From Tubulanus polymorphus (taxonomy: Eukaryota; Animalia; Nemertea), in contig NC_134028.1 in the NCBI RefSeq assembly GCF_964204645.1, positions 18,359,653-18,423,652 of the forward strand: a DNA stretch of 64,000 nt. The letters are read 5' to 3'. The notes under the pieces were generated by a model. It worked only from the letters and a program-made list of their open reading frames with translations, made no database searches and was not told where the DNA came from. The stretch's first letter is position 1, and each line of letters begins with the position of its first letter. Below are positions 50,020 through 63,166 of the stretch, one piece after another. The position numbers and the translations under genes were made by a program.

Positions 50020-50590
50020 TATAATAATAACAATAATATAATAATAATATTTATTTCTTATATACCGCGCTCCGTATACATTTCAGCGCGGTTTACAAAT
50101 ATAAAAGGTTCTAAAAACAATTAAGAACAGTCAATTAAAATATTGCCTAAAAAGAAAAGTTTTCAGCTCAGTTTTAAAAGTAACTACATCGCTGCAGGAT
50201 GTTATTCTAAAAGGTAAAGCATTCCATAAGATTGGAGCTGCTGAGGCAAAGGCGCGGTGGCCGTAAAATAGGGTATTAAATGAGACAAAATTCAGTAAAA
50301 TTGTATTAGTGGATCGTAAGGATCTGGTAGGAGTATATAATGTGATTAGATCACAAATGTAACTTAGTGCCAAATCATTCAATACTTTGAAAACCATGAG
50401 CAGAACTTTGAAATCAATGCGTTTAGCGACTGGAAGCCAGTGTAGCTCAGCAAGTATTGGAGTAATCGAATCAACCTTTTTTGATCTTGTGACAAGTCGG
50501 GCAGCGGAGTTTTGGATAAGCTGCAACTTTTTTATTGTACTGACTTGTACCAAGTAACAGACTATTGCAGTAATCAAGTCTAGAAGTTAT
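50020..50590 (-). mobile_element. L2 LINE 3' end
   Basis: LQLIQNSAARLV..ITPILAELHWLPV..RIDFK..RAF..AP.LWN.LP, followed by an (ATT)n-type tail. Confidence 0.85.
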
Positions 50591-50806
50591 AAAACGCATT
50601 CCGTGATTGGATTGTGATACAATGAAGGTTGTACATATAAGGTTCAACCGCTTTATTGTTCCTGATGGATGAAACCCTGTACCGCTGTTGTGAATGCTAG
50701 TTCCCCAGCCAGCCTGCCGAAACCCCAGCCGGTTACAATATACTCACTTAAGTAAGAATATGACATCTTTGGTTAAAATTATTGTTGGGATATTCTCACG
50801 AATCCC

Positions 50807-53161
50807 CGGTTCCTGAACTTCGCTGAAAAAGCTGAAACACTGAAAAGCTGAAATAAAAACGCTGAAATTTCAGGGAATTTCCGAAAAACGCCGAAATTTC
50901 AGGGAATTCCCGAAAAACGCTGAAATCGTGCTAGGTACCGACAATACACGTTTTGAAATTTTTTTCCGGGCCGGTGTCTGCTGACGAGTCCTGAACCGTG
51001 TTTTATGCTCTACCTTCGGTTACAGAGACATGCCTTAAGGTCGTCGTCATGATCGACTTGATCGATTGCGGATTGCGTGGATTGTTAGATGTGTTTTTTG
51101 CCATAGTTTTATGTGCATATACCGGTACGATCTAACAATGAAGTTATCACTTCATTTGAATAAATTCTTAATCACAGTAATATTAATTCACAATATTTTT
51201 CTTATGTTTGGTGATTTCTTGCAATTTATCATTGCCAAGTCTCATACAAGTAGTAGCTGAATGAAAGTACAGTTAGGCTGAACCTGATAACCCAAATTAA
51301 GTGCTAGCATGGAACTAATGATTATTTTGATTCTATTTTCGGTGTCATTGAAATTCGTTAAGAAAGGTTCAACCGTCATAGTATACTGTACTTAGCATTG
51401 CTACAATTGGGTGCCATATTTCTACAATTTCTACAAGGAGGAAGGAATCTTTAAGTGTCTTTGGTTCCCGGGTAGGGTACGGGGTAAAACCTGGTTTACT
51501 TTCTCTTTCGACTTGCCGGAGACTACTATCTGCAATGTATTGCATGCTTTGATGTGTCTGGCCTATAGGAGTCGAACGATATTTTTTTCCCATACACAGG
51601 CTTGGCTTTAGTGTAGATGAAGGCTAGGCACTGCACATTGTGGATTGACTGGAACTCTTAACTCACAAAATTAAACAAGTCAACAAGAAAGATCCAATAA
51701 TTGGACATTTGTCTAACTATATTATTTAACAGCTTGAAATAAAACATAACACATTCTGCAAGCGTACACAAAGGAAATCAGTTCTTACATTATATCAGAA
51801 TCAATAGTTCGCTTAACTCTGGCTAGAATTCTGGTTCCATTGCTTCATATTCTAATGAAATCCACTAGTATACCTTAGAATATCGCTTAGCTTAAGACTA
51901 AAAATTTGGTACCAGGAAACAGGGAAGAAAAGTGGGTGTACTGTACATCCGCAATTGACTTATTTCTCTCAGGTTGAATCAATTGAAATAGCATTCGAAT
52001 AGCCATTTTATTTTTAAAAATTGTGTCGTTCAGCTATCCTGCTGCAAATTTCGCAGTTGAAGTTTACTGGTGCCATCTGATTTCTCAGTATCTCAAAAAA
52101 TTTGCACATTCTAAGCCTGAATCTAAAAATAGAAAAAGGTGCATTTTAGTCGGATATAAAAGAATAGTGGCTAATGCACCCTGGACTATATAGCCTATGG
52201 GGTGGGCCTAGTTTGAAAGCACTGAGGTCCGAGAGAACAGCACTTAGTAAATAAATACTGAAATTAAACTTACAAAACACCCAGTACTTGAGATGATGTA
52301 CTTGACAAGAAGTGTCACCAGCTAAGCAAATCAACTTTGTCTATGACTCCTCCTTTTATAGATTCAGTAGTAGTCTAAAAATAAGAATCGGTACATTTTT
52401 CTAACAGTTGGTATGTCATTTCTTCAAAAAAACTAATTATTATCACGCCACAGCAAATAAATTATTCACAGTTGTTGAATGGTTAGCCCAATTTAGATTA
52501 ATTGGTTGACGCTAATCAGTATGACCCATACGTAGGGGCCTACTGCATGCCATTGGCGTCAATCCATTCCATTCCATTCCACAGCGAATTAAAAAGAAAT
52601 TTAGTTAGATCCCTTTTGTCCAAAAGCTGCATCATTTATATAACTAGCTGTCAAATTTAATTTACCTCCTTCAGAGAATACCATAGTGACATAGTCCGTC
52701 GCCCATCAACGTGTTGACAAAAGAAAAGTTGCTGCATGTTTTATACATGAACGTTCAAATAAGATATTTTGCATCTTGCAGGGAATATTGAGCATAGTGT
52801 TTAAGTTGGCTTGCACGGTTTGTGAATGGGTTTTCCTCATTATGCTGCCTGTATGCATTAAAAATCCGGATTTCAAGCGAATTAATTTGTCCAACAAGTG
52901 GCCCTCTAGAAGTATACTCCACACATACTGTCCATGCATGTCTCTGTAACCGAAGGTAGAGACTAAAACACGGTTCAGGACTCGGCAGCGGACACCGGCC
53001 CGGAAAATATTTCAAAACGTGTATTGTTGGTACCTAGCACGATTTCAGCGTTTTTCGGGAATTCCCTGAAATTTCGGCGTTTTTCGGAAATTCCCTGAAA
53101 TTTCAGCGTTTTTATTTCAGCGTTTCAGTGATTCAGCTTTTTCAGCGAAGTTCAGGAACCG
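50807..53161. mobile_element. Non-autonomous Mutator-like TIR element, copy 2
   Basis: Same TIRs as 37828-41681, with a 10-bp TSD CACGAATCCC (50797-50806, 53162-53171). Confidence 0.87.
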
Positions 53162-54671
53162 CACGAATCCCACACGATTTCTTCTTAGACGGAAAAGCTG
53201 ACTTCTGGGTCCTACAACCTTCACGCGGATTATCTTTTGTTGCTATTCAGGCACTAACATTTTGACCAAACAAAATACTACACATCATTTCCATTCATTT
53301 ATTAAATAAAAAAGATGAATTATACATATGTTATTCATTCTGCATTGTAATAGTTTATAGTTTAACAATTTCTTAAGTGATATGTATCACATTTTGCTTT
53401 AATGATCTCTTTCTTTGGGTGGCCTGTACGGTACGGCAAGGAACTTAAACACAGATTCTTCTGTAGGCGTTGGCACCTTTCGCCCAGGATTTATCTTCTC
53501 GCCATCCTAAAAATATTGAAAATAATATTAACGTGTCCGTTGGGCAATAGTCCCCGCAGGAAATTGCGTTCACTGATATTTGAATTATCATTGATCGGCC
53601 CTATCTGCAGCCAAACAAATGGAAGAATTGAAGTCACTCATTTTCATATGCCAAAATAAAGATTTGTAAAAACTTTTGATGATCATAAAATATGTAAATT
53701 TGGTGTGAGTATGTATAACATGAATAAAACGAGACGTACAGCAACTACGTTAACAAGTTTATTTGATGCACGAACTGTTGCCACTAATATATAAGAAGCC
53801 TCACTGTATGAGTGACTCCATATTTTCTACACGAGCTTAACACGGCTGCCCTCCACGAATCTTCACACTATGTATCGCATAGGAAACAGCAAAAAACGCA
53901 GTCTCAAATGTTTTGTGACTTTCTCAAAATGTATCAAAAATTTAACTAATTTTTAGTTCATAAGTCCTCAAATATTCATAAATGAACAGTTAAAAATTGT
54001 TGAAACATGTCGACTCTGCTGTAAAATCAACCTATTAACAGTCCGGAATTTGGGATAATATTGGGCTTTAGAGAACATAATGCCCCCGAGGTCTTCATGT
54101 AACCGGGTGAACTTGTAGGGGAAACCGTTCCGTACAGTGCTGCCATCCTTTTTCTAAGTAGGTGGCGTTCTGGTTTTTCGCGGCAATTATTCATTGTTTG
54201 TTGTCCTTACCGACAACATCTATGTGTGTTAATAAACTTATATATTGTTTATTCCTGTTGCCGCAGGTAAGATATTGTTTAAATCCATAACTTTATAAGT
54301 ATCTTATATAATACAAATTGTAAATTCCGGGAGTAATCGAATTTATGTGGTGTCAGTTTAGGGTGAGTTAGGTGAAGGTTCTTTGGAAAGTTTCATTTCG
54401 ATCAATATGAAATAATGTTAAATTGTTAATATAAGATATGTTGTATAGGGAATTATTCATTGTTGGTTGTTCTTACCGACAACACCTATGTGTGTTAATA
54501 AACTTATATATTGTTTATTCCTGTTGCCGCAGGTTTGTCGATCGTTGTCTTGGCTATTGTTGGTCTCGGACCGTGAGGAGTCGGCGAAACACAGCTGTAG
54601 AAGTGGATCTCCAGAACCCCGAAATCGATCGGTTGCTGTCATTCGATAGAGGAAATAAGGCCGGTCACATT

Positions 54672-54689
54672 TGGCGCCCAACGTGGGGC
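54672..54689 (+). other. Primer binding site, tRNA-Lys
   Basis: TGGCGCCCAACGTGGGGC is the canonical Lys1,2 PBS and lies 2 nt after the LTR. Confidence 0.92.
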
Positions 54690-55372
54690 CATCTGGAGAA
54701 ATTCGTTGAAGTCTAGAGCAGCGATCAACTGGAAATCGTAAAATCGTCCAGGTGTGTGCTGCGTTCTAGGATGCATCCGTTGTATAATGTAATATTGCTC
54801 GTATTCTGATTGATATTGCGTTGCTGTCATTACGTTTCGGGCAAATATAGTTGAGCTTTCTGTTGAATAAGCTTTATTCCGAGAGCTTTGTGAAATCCGG
54901 TACCGGTATACATGTATGTTTATTTTGTCGCGAAGTGAACTTGTACGTACGTACTTGGAAACGGATCGATCTGTCTCAGTTTTTATGTAATGCATGCATG
55001 CTTTCGTCGTTTTGCGATATTGCGATTGTAAAAGATTGTAGAAGTTTGCTTAATCGACAAAATCTTATTTTTGGTAGTGTGCTCGATCAACTACGACAAC
55101 GACACGCGTCTGAGGTGAGCATGATTGTTGCGCTTAATGCTTGCTTGTTCACGCTTACTTGCTTGTAAATGGTGTTGGCTGGCAAATGTTCGTCTACGCT
55201 AGTAGTGCTTTGATTTATTTTTGTTCAGTTACTTTACGTGAAATTGGAGATTCTCAAAACGTGTAAAAGAAAATAATAACTGTTAAACTATTTTGTTTAT
55301 TTCATTTTTGTTTTGCATGATGTATAATGACTCCCGCAAATAAGCTGGATGTATTTCTAATCAAGGCCCGAG

Positions 55373-57007
55373 ATGGGTATTTGTAATTTTGTTGTATTCG
55401 TTATATTGATTACTTCCGGTATAGGAATTTTTGAGAGAAGTGTTAGTTGTCATATGGCACTGTACGAACGAGTTATATTTATAACGGGGATAGATGTTAG
55501 ACAACACACCCCACAATCTGTAGCTGAATGGTTCAGGTCAGCTAAATTAACCATTCAGGGAGTTCAGGCTTATGGGGATGGTTACTTTATACTTTTTCCC
55601 AGCCCGAGTGCTGCACAACAAGCGGTGTGTATAAGTGACGGTCAAACTGTTTCTGAAATAGAAGGGGAGGTGAAATTGGTTTCAAAAATGGCAGGAAAAG
55701 AGCAAGATAGGTTTTTAGCTTTGTCGTTATTCAAACAATCTGAAGTAGGTGGGGGTGAAACATTTCATCCAAGTATTAAGGAGGAAGGAGTGTGTCAGGG
55801 GGATGATTTTGATGAGGTATTTAGATGTTTTGACGAGCTCAAGCCTCGTCAGCAGGAATTTGTGATGAAAAAGTTGTCGAAACGAAATTCTAAATCATCA
55901 CTAAACCAATTACGCTTCGATTTACCGGCAGCTACGTCGACTCCTAAGCAGTCTAACTTTGATTATAGTATAGGCAGTAAAACAACAGTAGCTGTGCGTA
56001 ATCCGTCGTTAGGAAATTTTTCTGGTGATCCGGTCGGAAATAAAAATGAGTTAACCTTCCAGCAGTGGCAAGCCGAAGTTCGGGCTTTGCAACGCGATCC
56101 CACTTATTCCGAACCCCAGATTTTAATGGCTATGCGGAGATCTCTAAGAGGATCGGCTGTCAGTGTATTGTTTAATGCTGGAGAAGAAGCCAGTATTAAT
56201 ACCGTTTTAGATAAAATGACCTTGGTGTTTGGCGAGGTTCACTCAGTAGAAGAGAGCCTTCAGCTGTTTTATGTGTCACAACAAAGGTCAGACGAATCGG
56301 TGAGCCAATGGTCTTGTCGGTTAGACGATTTGATGTTCAAAATACGTAGGTTACCTGGTGGAGCGAATTGCATTAGTAACGAGACTTTGCGATCCCAATT
56401 CTGGAGGGGACTGAAAGACCCCATGGTCAAGATGGGTACTCGTTACCTTTACCAGGTACAAGCTTCTTATTTCGAAATAGTAACCGAATCGCGAAAGATC
56501 GAAAGAGAGCAGGAGTGCTGCAGGTCGGTGAATGTGGGGAAAAAAACTTCAGCCGCTGCGTCTCAGGTAGCTGTGGATCCAGGTGCCACGAGTAACAAAT
56601 CGTATGGTGCTAAGGTACAGGGTGATCCCACGGCGTCGAGGCCTCCATTAGAGGAAACTGTGAATAAGCTTGCTGCTGAGGTTGCAGCTTTAGGTCGTAG
56701 ATTCAATCAGTTCGCCGAGAATCATCAGTATAGGAACTGGGTTCCACGTCCCGTGGCCCCAGCGGCGCAGCCATTCCGACAAAATTCTTTCAGACCGCGA
56801 CCAGTGAGACCTTTTCAGGGAATATGCCATAATTGTGGTGGCTACGGGCACGTAAGACGAGTGTGCCCTAGCGAGCATAATATGCAAGCCTCCGCTGATA
56901 GCAAAGACGGGGCAGATGCCCAGCCTAAGGGTCGACAATCCATTAATTCAACCACCCCAAAAGTGAAGGCACACATGCCACAGGGCAGTCATGTGATGCC
57001 AAAATGA
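55373..57007 (+). CDS. gag: Gypsy gag (PNMA-like capsid, CCHC knuckle)
   Basis: FSGD..FQQW..RRSLRGSA, Q..DESVSQW..RL, LRSQFWRGL, CHNCGGYGHVRRVC. True start may be 55454. Confidence 0.88.
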   Translation: MGICNFVVFVILITSGIGIFERSVSCHMALYERVIFITGIDVRQHTPQSVAEWFRSAKLTIQGVQAYGDGYFILFPSPSAAQQAVCISDGQTVSEIEGEVKLVSKMAGKEQDRFLALSLFKQSEVGGGETFHPSIKEEGVCQGDDFDEVFRCFDELKPRQQEFVMKKLSKRNSKSSLNQLRFDLPAATSTPKQSNFDYSIGSKTTVAVRNPSLGNFSGDPVGNKNELTFQQWQAEVRALQRDPTYSEPQILMAMRRSLRGSAVSVLFNAGEEASINTVLDKMTLVFGEVHSVEESLQLFYVSQQRSDESVSQWSCRLDDLMFKIRRLPGGANCISNETLRSQFWRGLKDPMVKMGTRYLYQVQASYFEIVTESRKIEREQECCRSVNVGKKTSAAASQVAVDPGATSNKSYGAKVQGDPTASRPPLEETVNKLAAEVAALGRRFNQFAENHQYRNWVPRPVAPAAQPFRQNSFRPRPVRPFQGICHNCGGYGHVRRVCPSEHNMQASADSKDGADAQPKGRQSINSTTPKVKAHMPQGSHVMPK

Positions 57008-60000
57008 ATTCAGGCCCTAATCTCGAGATGTCTTGTCGTGTGGTTGGCCCAGCGAACGTTGTTCAGATTAAGTGTGATCAAGTACCCTGTCAGGCACTAA
57101 TCGACAGTGGTTCTCAGGTCACGACGGTCTCGCGGAAATTTGTAGACGTTTATTTACCTGAACACAGGGTGTATCCGCTTACCGATTTTGTCGAAATTAC
57201 GACAGTTGATGGGTCAAAATTACCTTACGAAGGATATGTCATGGTGACCCTTCAGTGTAACGATTTTGAAATAAAAAGCGCCAATTTTGGTTGTGGAATC
57301 GACAGAATTCCACAACCGTGTCCCGATACTGATCGGTACGAATGTCTTGAATCGGGTGGATGACTTTAGCAAGTTGCCTCATCAATGGACTCTTGCTCAT
57401 AAGTTCAAGCACGATGAACCGCTTGACACGGTTAGGTCAACCAGGCCCGCATTGATCCCTGGTGGGACTGAAACAACCGTCCATGGACTTGTTCGGCGCA
57501 AGGGTTTGTTGCCGAATAGTTTGGTGATGGCGACTTCTTCGAAAAATCAATTGCCGTCAGGCCTTCTAGTTATTCCTTCGGCCCAGGAAATAGGTCAAGC
57601 CTCGACCGATCGGATATCGGTTCGAATTCGTAACACATCCCAGAAAGATGTGACAATTCCAGCAAGGGCCGCGATTTGTTCATTATCGTCTGTCGATTTG
57701 GTAGCTGGACGGAGGCTCGTCGATCTTTCGGACCAGGATGAATTAGTTGTAGATAGTAGTGAGAGTGATATGAATTATAGTGATGGAGCCGACGTAGATA
57801 CCTGCGATAAATCCGATGCTAGGCGTCGTGATCAGGTTGATGTAAATAGTCAGGATGGGGCTTCAGACAATGTAAATAGTCAGGAGAAGGAAATAAATTA
57901 TCAAGAGTTTCTTGGTATGTTTAATCTTGAAAAAGTAATCCCTGAGGCAATGGATAAACTGAAAAATCTGTTGTGGTCTTGGCGATCAATATTCGCTTCG
58001 TCTGATTTGGATATGGGCAGGACCCATTTAGTTCAGCATCATATCAACTTAACTGACGAAACGCCGATTCATCAACGTTATAGACGTACTCCTCCTGCGA
58101 TGGTCGACGAAGTTCGGGAACACATCAAAATGATGCTTGAAGCAGGGGTGGTAAAACCGTCTTCTAGTGCATTTGCTTCTCCCGTGGTTCTTGTTAGAAA
58201 GAAATCCGGCGAGTTACGTTTCTGTATAGACTACCGGGAGATAAACAAGCGTACAATCCCTGATCGGTATTGTTTACCCCGAATCGATGATCAATTAAAT
58301 GCATTAGCCGGATCGCGGTATTTCTCTTCGTTGGATTTGAAAAGCGGCTACTGGCAGGTGGCCATGGCACCCGAACACCGGGGCCGCACAGCCTTTACAG
58401 TGGGCCCAGGCTTCGGCTTCTACGAATGTGAAGTGATGCCGTTTGGTTTAAGGGGGGCCCCTGCTACCTTTCAAATACTCATGGAGAATTGTCTAGGCGA
58501 CCTGAACTTGAAAGAATGTTTAGTTTATATAGACGACATAATTGTCTTCTCTGATTCTATTGACCAACACATTCTCCGCCTTACCGATGTGTTTCAGAAA
58601 TTGGAGGAGGCCGGACTGAAGTTAAAACCTTCGAAGTGTGCCTTCTTCCAACTCAAAATTTTGTATCTTGGCCACATCGTTTCTGAAGCTGGTATCGAGC
58701 CAGATCCCAAGAAAACCGAAGCTATTTTAGGTTGGAAGGCACCGTCAACGGTTAGTGAAGTACGTAGCTTTGTGGGATTCGCTTCGTATTACAGGCGGTT
58801 CATTCAAAACTTCGCAAAAATCGCGAAGCCTCTTAACGACCTATTGAAGGGTATTCAAAAGGGAAAGCTGAGTAAAGCTAACGAAAAGGTAGAATGGGGA
58901 GACTCAGAACAGCAGGCGTTCGACGAGTTAAAGAAAGTTTTATCGGAACCCCCAGTTCTCGCGTATGCAGATTATGAACTCCCGTTTGAACTGCACACCG
59001 ATGCGTCATTAAATGGTCTTGGTGCTGGTTTGTATCAGACGCAGCAGGGGAAACTCAGACCGGTTGCTTATGCCAGTAGGGGATTGAAACCATCTGAGCG
59101 GAATTAGCTAATGCATGACCAAATGGGTCATCCTGGCCGTGAAAAAACTTTGGCACTGGTGCGAAGTCGTTTCTTTTGGCCGAAAATGCACTCGGAGATA
59201 GATCTTTATCTCAAATCTTGCACTCGTTGCGTTACTCATAAAGCTTCGACGCCCAAACAACAGGCCGAATTAGTGCCGATCATAACGTCTGAGCCGTTAG
59301 AGGTAGTTTGCATTGATTACCTCACTTTAGATAAAAGTAAGGGCGGGTACGAAAATGTGTTAGTGATAACTGATCACTTCACAAAATATGCTTTAGCCAT
59401 CCCTACAAGAAATCAATCGGCCAGAACAACCGCTCGTGTTCTCTTTGAACAGTTAATCACAAGGTTTGGTGTACCGAAGCGTATACACTCCGATCAAGGT
59501 GCCAACTTCGAAAGTCAGTTAATCAAAGAGTTATGTAGTATATTCGGCATTGAAAAATCACGCACCACTCCGTACCACCCTCCCGGTAATGGAGCGGTGG
59601 AGCGTTTCAATTCAACGTTGATTCAGCGTTTGGATTTACTAGAACCCGCCAAGAAGATATCGTGGAAAGACCACATTTCGTCGGTTGTATTTCAGTATAA
59701 TTGTACTCCCCACGATACTACAGGATTTCCACCGTATCAATTACTGTTCGGACGGGAGCCTTTATTGCCAGTTGATGAAGTTTATCAGCTAGATAAACCT
59801 CAAAAACAATTTTCTGCCACGCTTCAGGAAGAATTTAATTCCTTGTGGGCTCAGGCTAAAGAAAATTTGGTTACCTCAGCGGGGAAATTTGCCCGATATT
59901 ACAATTCGAAAGTTCGTGGTGTGTCAGTGGCTGTGGGCGATATGGTTTTAGTGAGAAAAGTTGGGGTGAAAGGAAGGAATAAGTAAGGCGACCGGTGGGA

Positions 60001-60760
60001 AGAAAATCCCTATCTTGTGATTGGTCAGCCCAATCCTGAAATACCAGTTTACGTGGTGGAGAGTACTGTAACCAACAAGCGTAAAACCTTGCATAGGAAT
60101 CTATTGTTGGTCTTGTCAGTACCTCTGCGAATGCCCAAGGCGTCTCTTAAAGAGAGAGCAGTTGTGGAAAAACCTATTCCATGCTTGGATCTGGAGGTAT
60201 TCGAAACCGAGTCGGTTGACGAAACTGAGTCGTTAGATGATTTTGTAATCATAGAGAGAAGGGGTCATAATATAGTCGACGAATTAGACGGTGCTGCACC
60301 GGAGAGTGTGATGGTGGAGTCGGATCGCCAATCTGGGGATTTGATTGATAACACCAGAGCTGACAGTGCAGTATCTTCTACCACTCCAATTGTGAGAAAC
60401 GTTTCTAGTCAACCTCCGCTAACTATTGAGCAGTCTGAACCTGTCACGGAATCGTCTGCAAGTCACACTCCAGTAGTGTTTCATTCTGAAACAGAGGATG
60501 AAGTAGAAAGTAGGAATAATTCTGAAAGTGGGGTGGCTGGGGGCAATGATAATGATAATGAAGTCAGGTCTCCTCGACCTCAGCGAGTACGCAAATTGCC
60601 TACTAGATTTGATGATTATGTGGTGGGTCAAACACAGTTAAACCCATCATGGACAAATAAAATTGATATTCTCTTTGCTGCAGGAAAAGATCCTGCCATA
60701 AGTTCTAATGAAGCTATTATGGCGGCTATTTTGAAATTGTGTAACTGTGATGGGACGTGA
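57004..60760 (+). pseudogene. pol: Gypsy pol (protease, RT, truncated RNase H, integrase)
   Basis: ALIDSGSQ; RFCIDYR, LDLKSGYWQ, YIDD; TDAS; H...GH, SDQG, GNGAVERFN. Frameshift near 57285, stop plus deletion near 59105, stop at 59984. Confidence 0.93.
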
Positions 60761-61727
60761 TAAATTGACCAGTGAAACTAAATCGAACGTAGTAAGGTTT
60801 GCGTAGAAATATGTATAAGTCATGTGTCAAATTTTTATTCTCTGGTTAAATAGTATAACTATGGTATGAGTAAGCTTTTAAAAAGTACGATTGGATAGTA
60901 TATAATCCTAAAACAAAATTTAAAAAAAACTTTTAAAATTAATAGCGCATTTTATTCGAAATATATATATTTGATATATCTATCTTTCTATTTTCCTGAT
61001 ATCGAGGACGATATTCTTTCTGCCAGGAGGTAGATGTAACCGGGTGAACTTGTAGGGGAAACCGTTCCGTACAGTGCTGCCATCCTTTTTCTAAGTAGGT
61101 GGCGTTCTGGTTTTTCGCGGCAATTATTCATTGTTTGTTGTCCTTACCGACAACACCTATGTGTGTTAATAAACTTATATATTGTTTATTCCTGTTGCCG
61201 CAGGTAAGATATTGTTTAAATCCATAACTTTATAAGTATCTTATATAATACAAATTGTAAATTCCGGGAGTAATCGAATTTATGTGGTGTCAGTTTAGGG
61301 TGAGTTAGGTGAAGGTTCTTTGGAAAGTTTCATTTCGATCAATATGAAATAATGTTAAATTGTTAATATAAGATATGTTGTATAGGGAATTATTCATTGT
61401 TGGTTGTTCTTACCGACAACACCTATGTGTGTTAATAAACTTATATATTGTTTATTCCTGTTGCCGCAGGTTTGTCGATCGTTGTCTTGGCTATTGTTGG
61501 TCTCGGACCGTGAGGAGTCGGCGAAACACAGCTGTAGAAGTGGATCTCCAGAAACCCGAAATCGATCGGTTGCTGTCATTCGATAGAGGAAATAAGGCCG
61601 GTCACATTCACATTTACAGAAAAGATAACGTAAGTGATTCACGCGCAGCTCGCGATAGGCGCACAATAGAAATCTGAGCCGCGCGTTCTTTGAGTGTCAC
61701 CAATTAAGAGGACCGCTATTGTGAAAA

Positions 61728-61972
61728 TTGACTGCGGGAGGAATATTCCTCCCAATGTCAATCGATGGAAACTTGACCATGGGGTCCGATATTCAAAGAA
61801 TTGACTTTGGGAGGAATATTCCTCCCAAGGTCAAACGAAGAGAATTTGACCTTCAGGTCTGATATTCAAAGTATCGACTTCGGGAGGAATGTTCCTCCGA
61901 ATGTCAAACGAAGGAAACTGGACCTGGTCTGTTATTCGAAATATAGACTTTGGGATGAATGTTCTTCCAAAC
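61728..61972. repeat. Tandem repeat of about 72-74 bp (about 3.5 units), each with an internal palindrome
   Basis: Core TTGACTTTGGGAGGAATATTCCTCCCAAGGTCAA and variants. Confidence 0.8.
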
Positions 61973-62840
61973 GACTAAACGCTAAAACCTGAGCTTTTAG
62001 AATGATAGGTGTATATATTAATTATATTGGTGTAATAATTGTTTTAATAAGTAGTATACTATAGCGACGACACCATACATATTTAGGCAATTTGAGTGAT
62101 AATGTACACGGTATTTGAGGGTCTGCGACGAATGATTTATAGAAAGTTGAATAGCTGTAGTGCAGTTTCTAATAATAAGGCTTATATAGTCTTCACATCG
62201 CAATCAGTTGTTAGAATGCATCTTCCTTTTTCTTTACTTCACTTGATCTTGAGTCTTTGACTAGTTACATTTTTTCTTCATTGATTGACGCTGGGAGGTC
62301 TAGATCAAATTATACTGTTAATCAAATCAATTATTTTTCAACTGCAAATTCACACTTGATATTGATATTAACAATCAATATTACTTATTTCATTATATAG
62401 CGCACTGCTGCAAATTGTAATCAATGTGCTTTGCATGAGTATAAAATTAACACAAGCTGAAAGAATCGAAATTTAAATACGTGGATGATAAAAATCAAGT
62501 TAAAAGGTGTAGGGACGGAGAGATCTGGCGAAAAAAAAAAACAGTAATGGGTGCAAAATGGACCCGTGCCTAATCGCCCGACCAAAAACGACGGACCAGA
62601 CCTGAGTCAAATAAAGCGTGTTGATTTAAACTGGTTCTGGAAGTCAATCACTTCGCTTGGTTTAAGTATGGACTCGTTTTAGATTCCATGGTTTAAGCAT
62701 TGTTTAGTAACGAATGAATGGGTTTGAATTTGAATGTGAAATGAATTTGAACATGAAAATCTGCGCTATTTGGTAAGCCATGCGTAAAATTTAAGTCGGA
62801 CCTGATTCGAACCAATTTAGCCCCGACAAATCGTCTCTAT

Positions 62841-63166
62841 AGCCGCGATCACACGTGTATTTTTTTAGGCCAGGGCCAAATTTGGGCCGGACCAACTGTT
62901 CACACGGGTGCCAATGGGCCCGAGCCTGTTTGGCCCGGGCCAAATTTGGCCCGACCAAAAACGTCGGACCAGGCCCGAGCACCAGACAAATGACTGCGTT
63001 TGAATTGCAACTAGCACCGTAAATGATCCACTTCGCTTTGTTTGAGCATTGTTTAGTATCGAGTGAATGGTTTGCGTGTGAACGCACTCTCTAATTACCA
63101 AATTTGGCCCGAGCCTGATCGGTGCTAATTTGGCCCGGGCCAAATCGTCTCCGTGTGATCGCGGCT
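62841..63166. mobile_element. Harbinger/Tourist-like MITE
   Basis: 15-bp TIR AGCCGCGATCACACG, 3-bp TSD TAT and internal GGCCC/GGGCC repeats. An older related copy lies at about 62515-62840. Confidence 0.75.

Larger units (their letters stand above)
54098..61606 (+). mobile_element. Ty3/Gypsy LTR retrotransposon, young but defective
   Basis: 572-bp TG..CA LTRs (54098-54669, 61035-61606) with 2 mismatches seen. 4-bp TSD TTCA. Purine tract AGGAGGTAGA. Confidence 0.97.

Noticed and set aside
54438-54716. Duplicated ORFs in the LTRs (also 61375-61677, 16194-16379, start of 22416)
   Set aside because: They arise from LTR duplication and show no coding signature.
61728-61972. Second CRISPR-like array
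   Set aside because: Whole units, including the spacers, are homologous, so this is a minisatellite.
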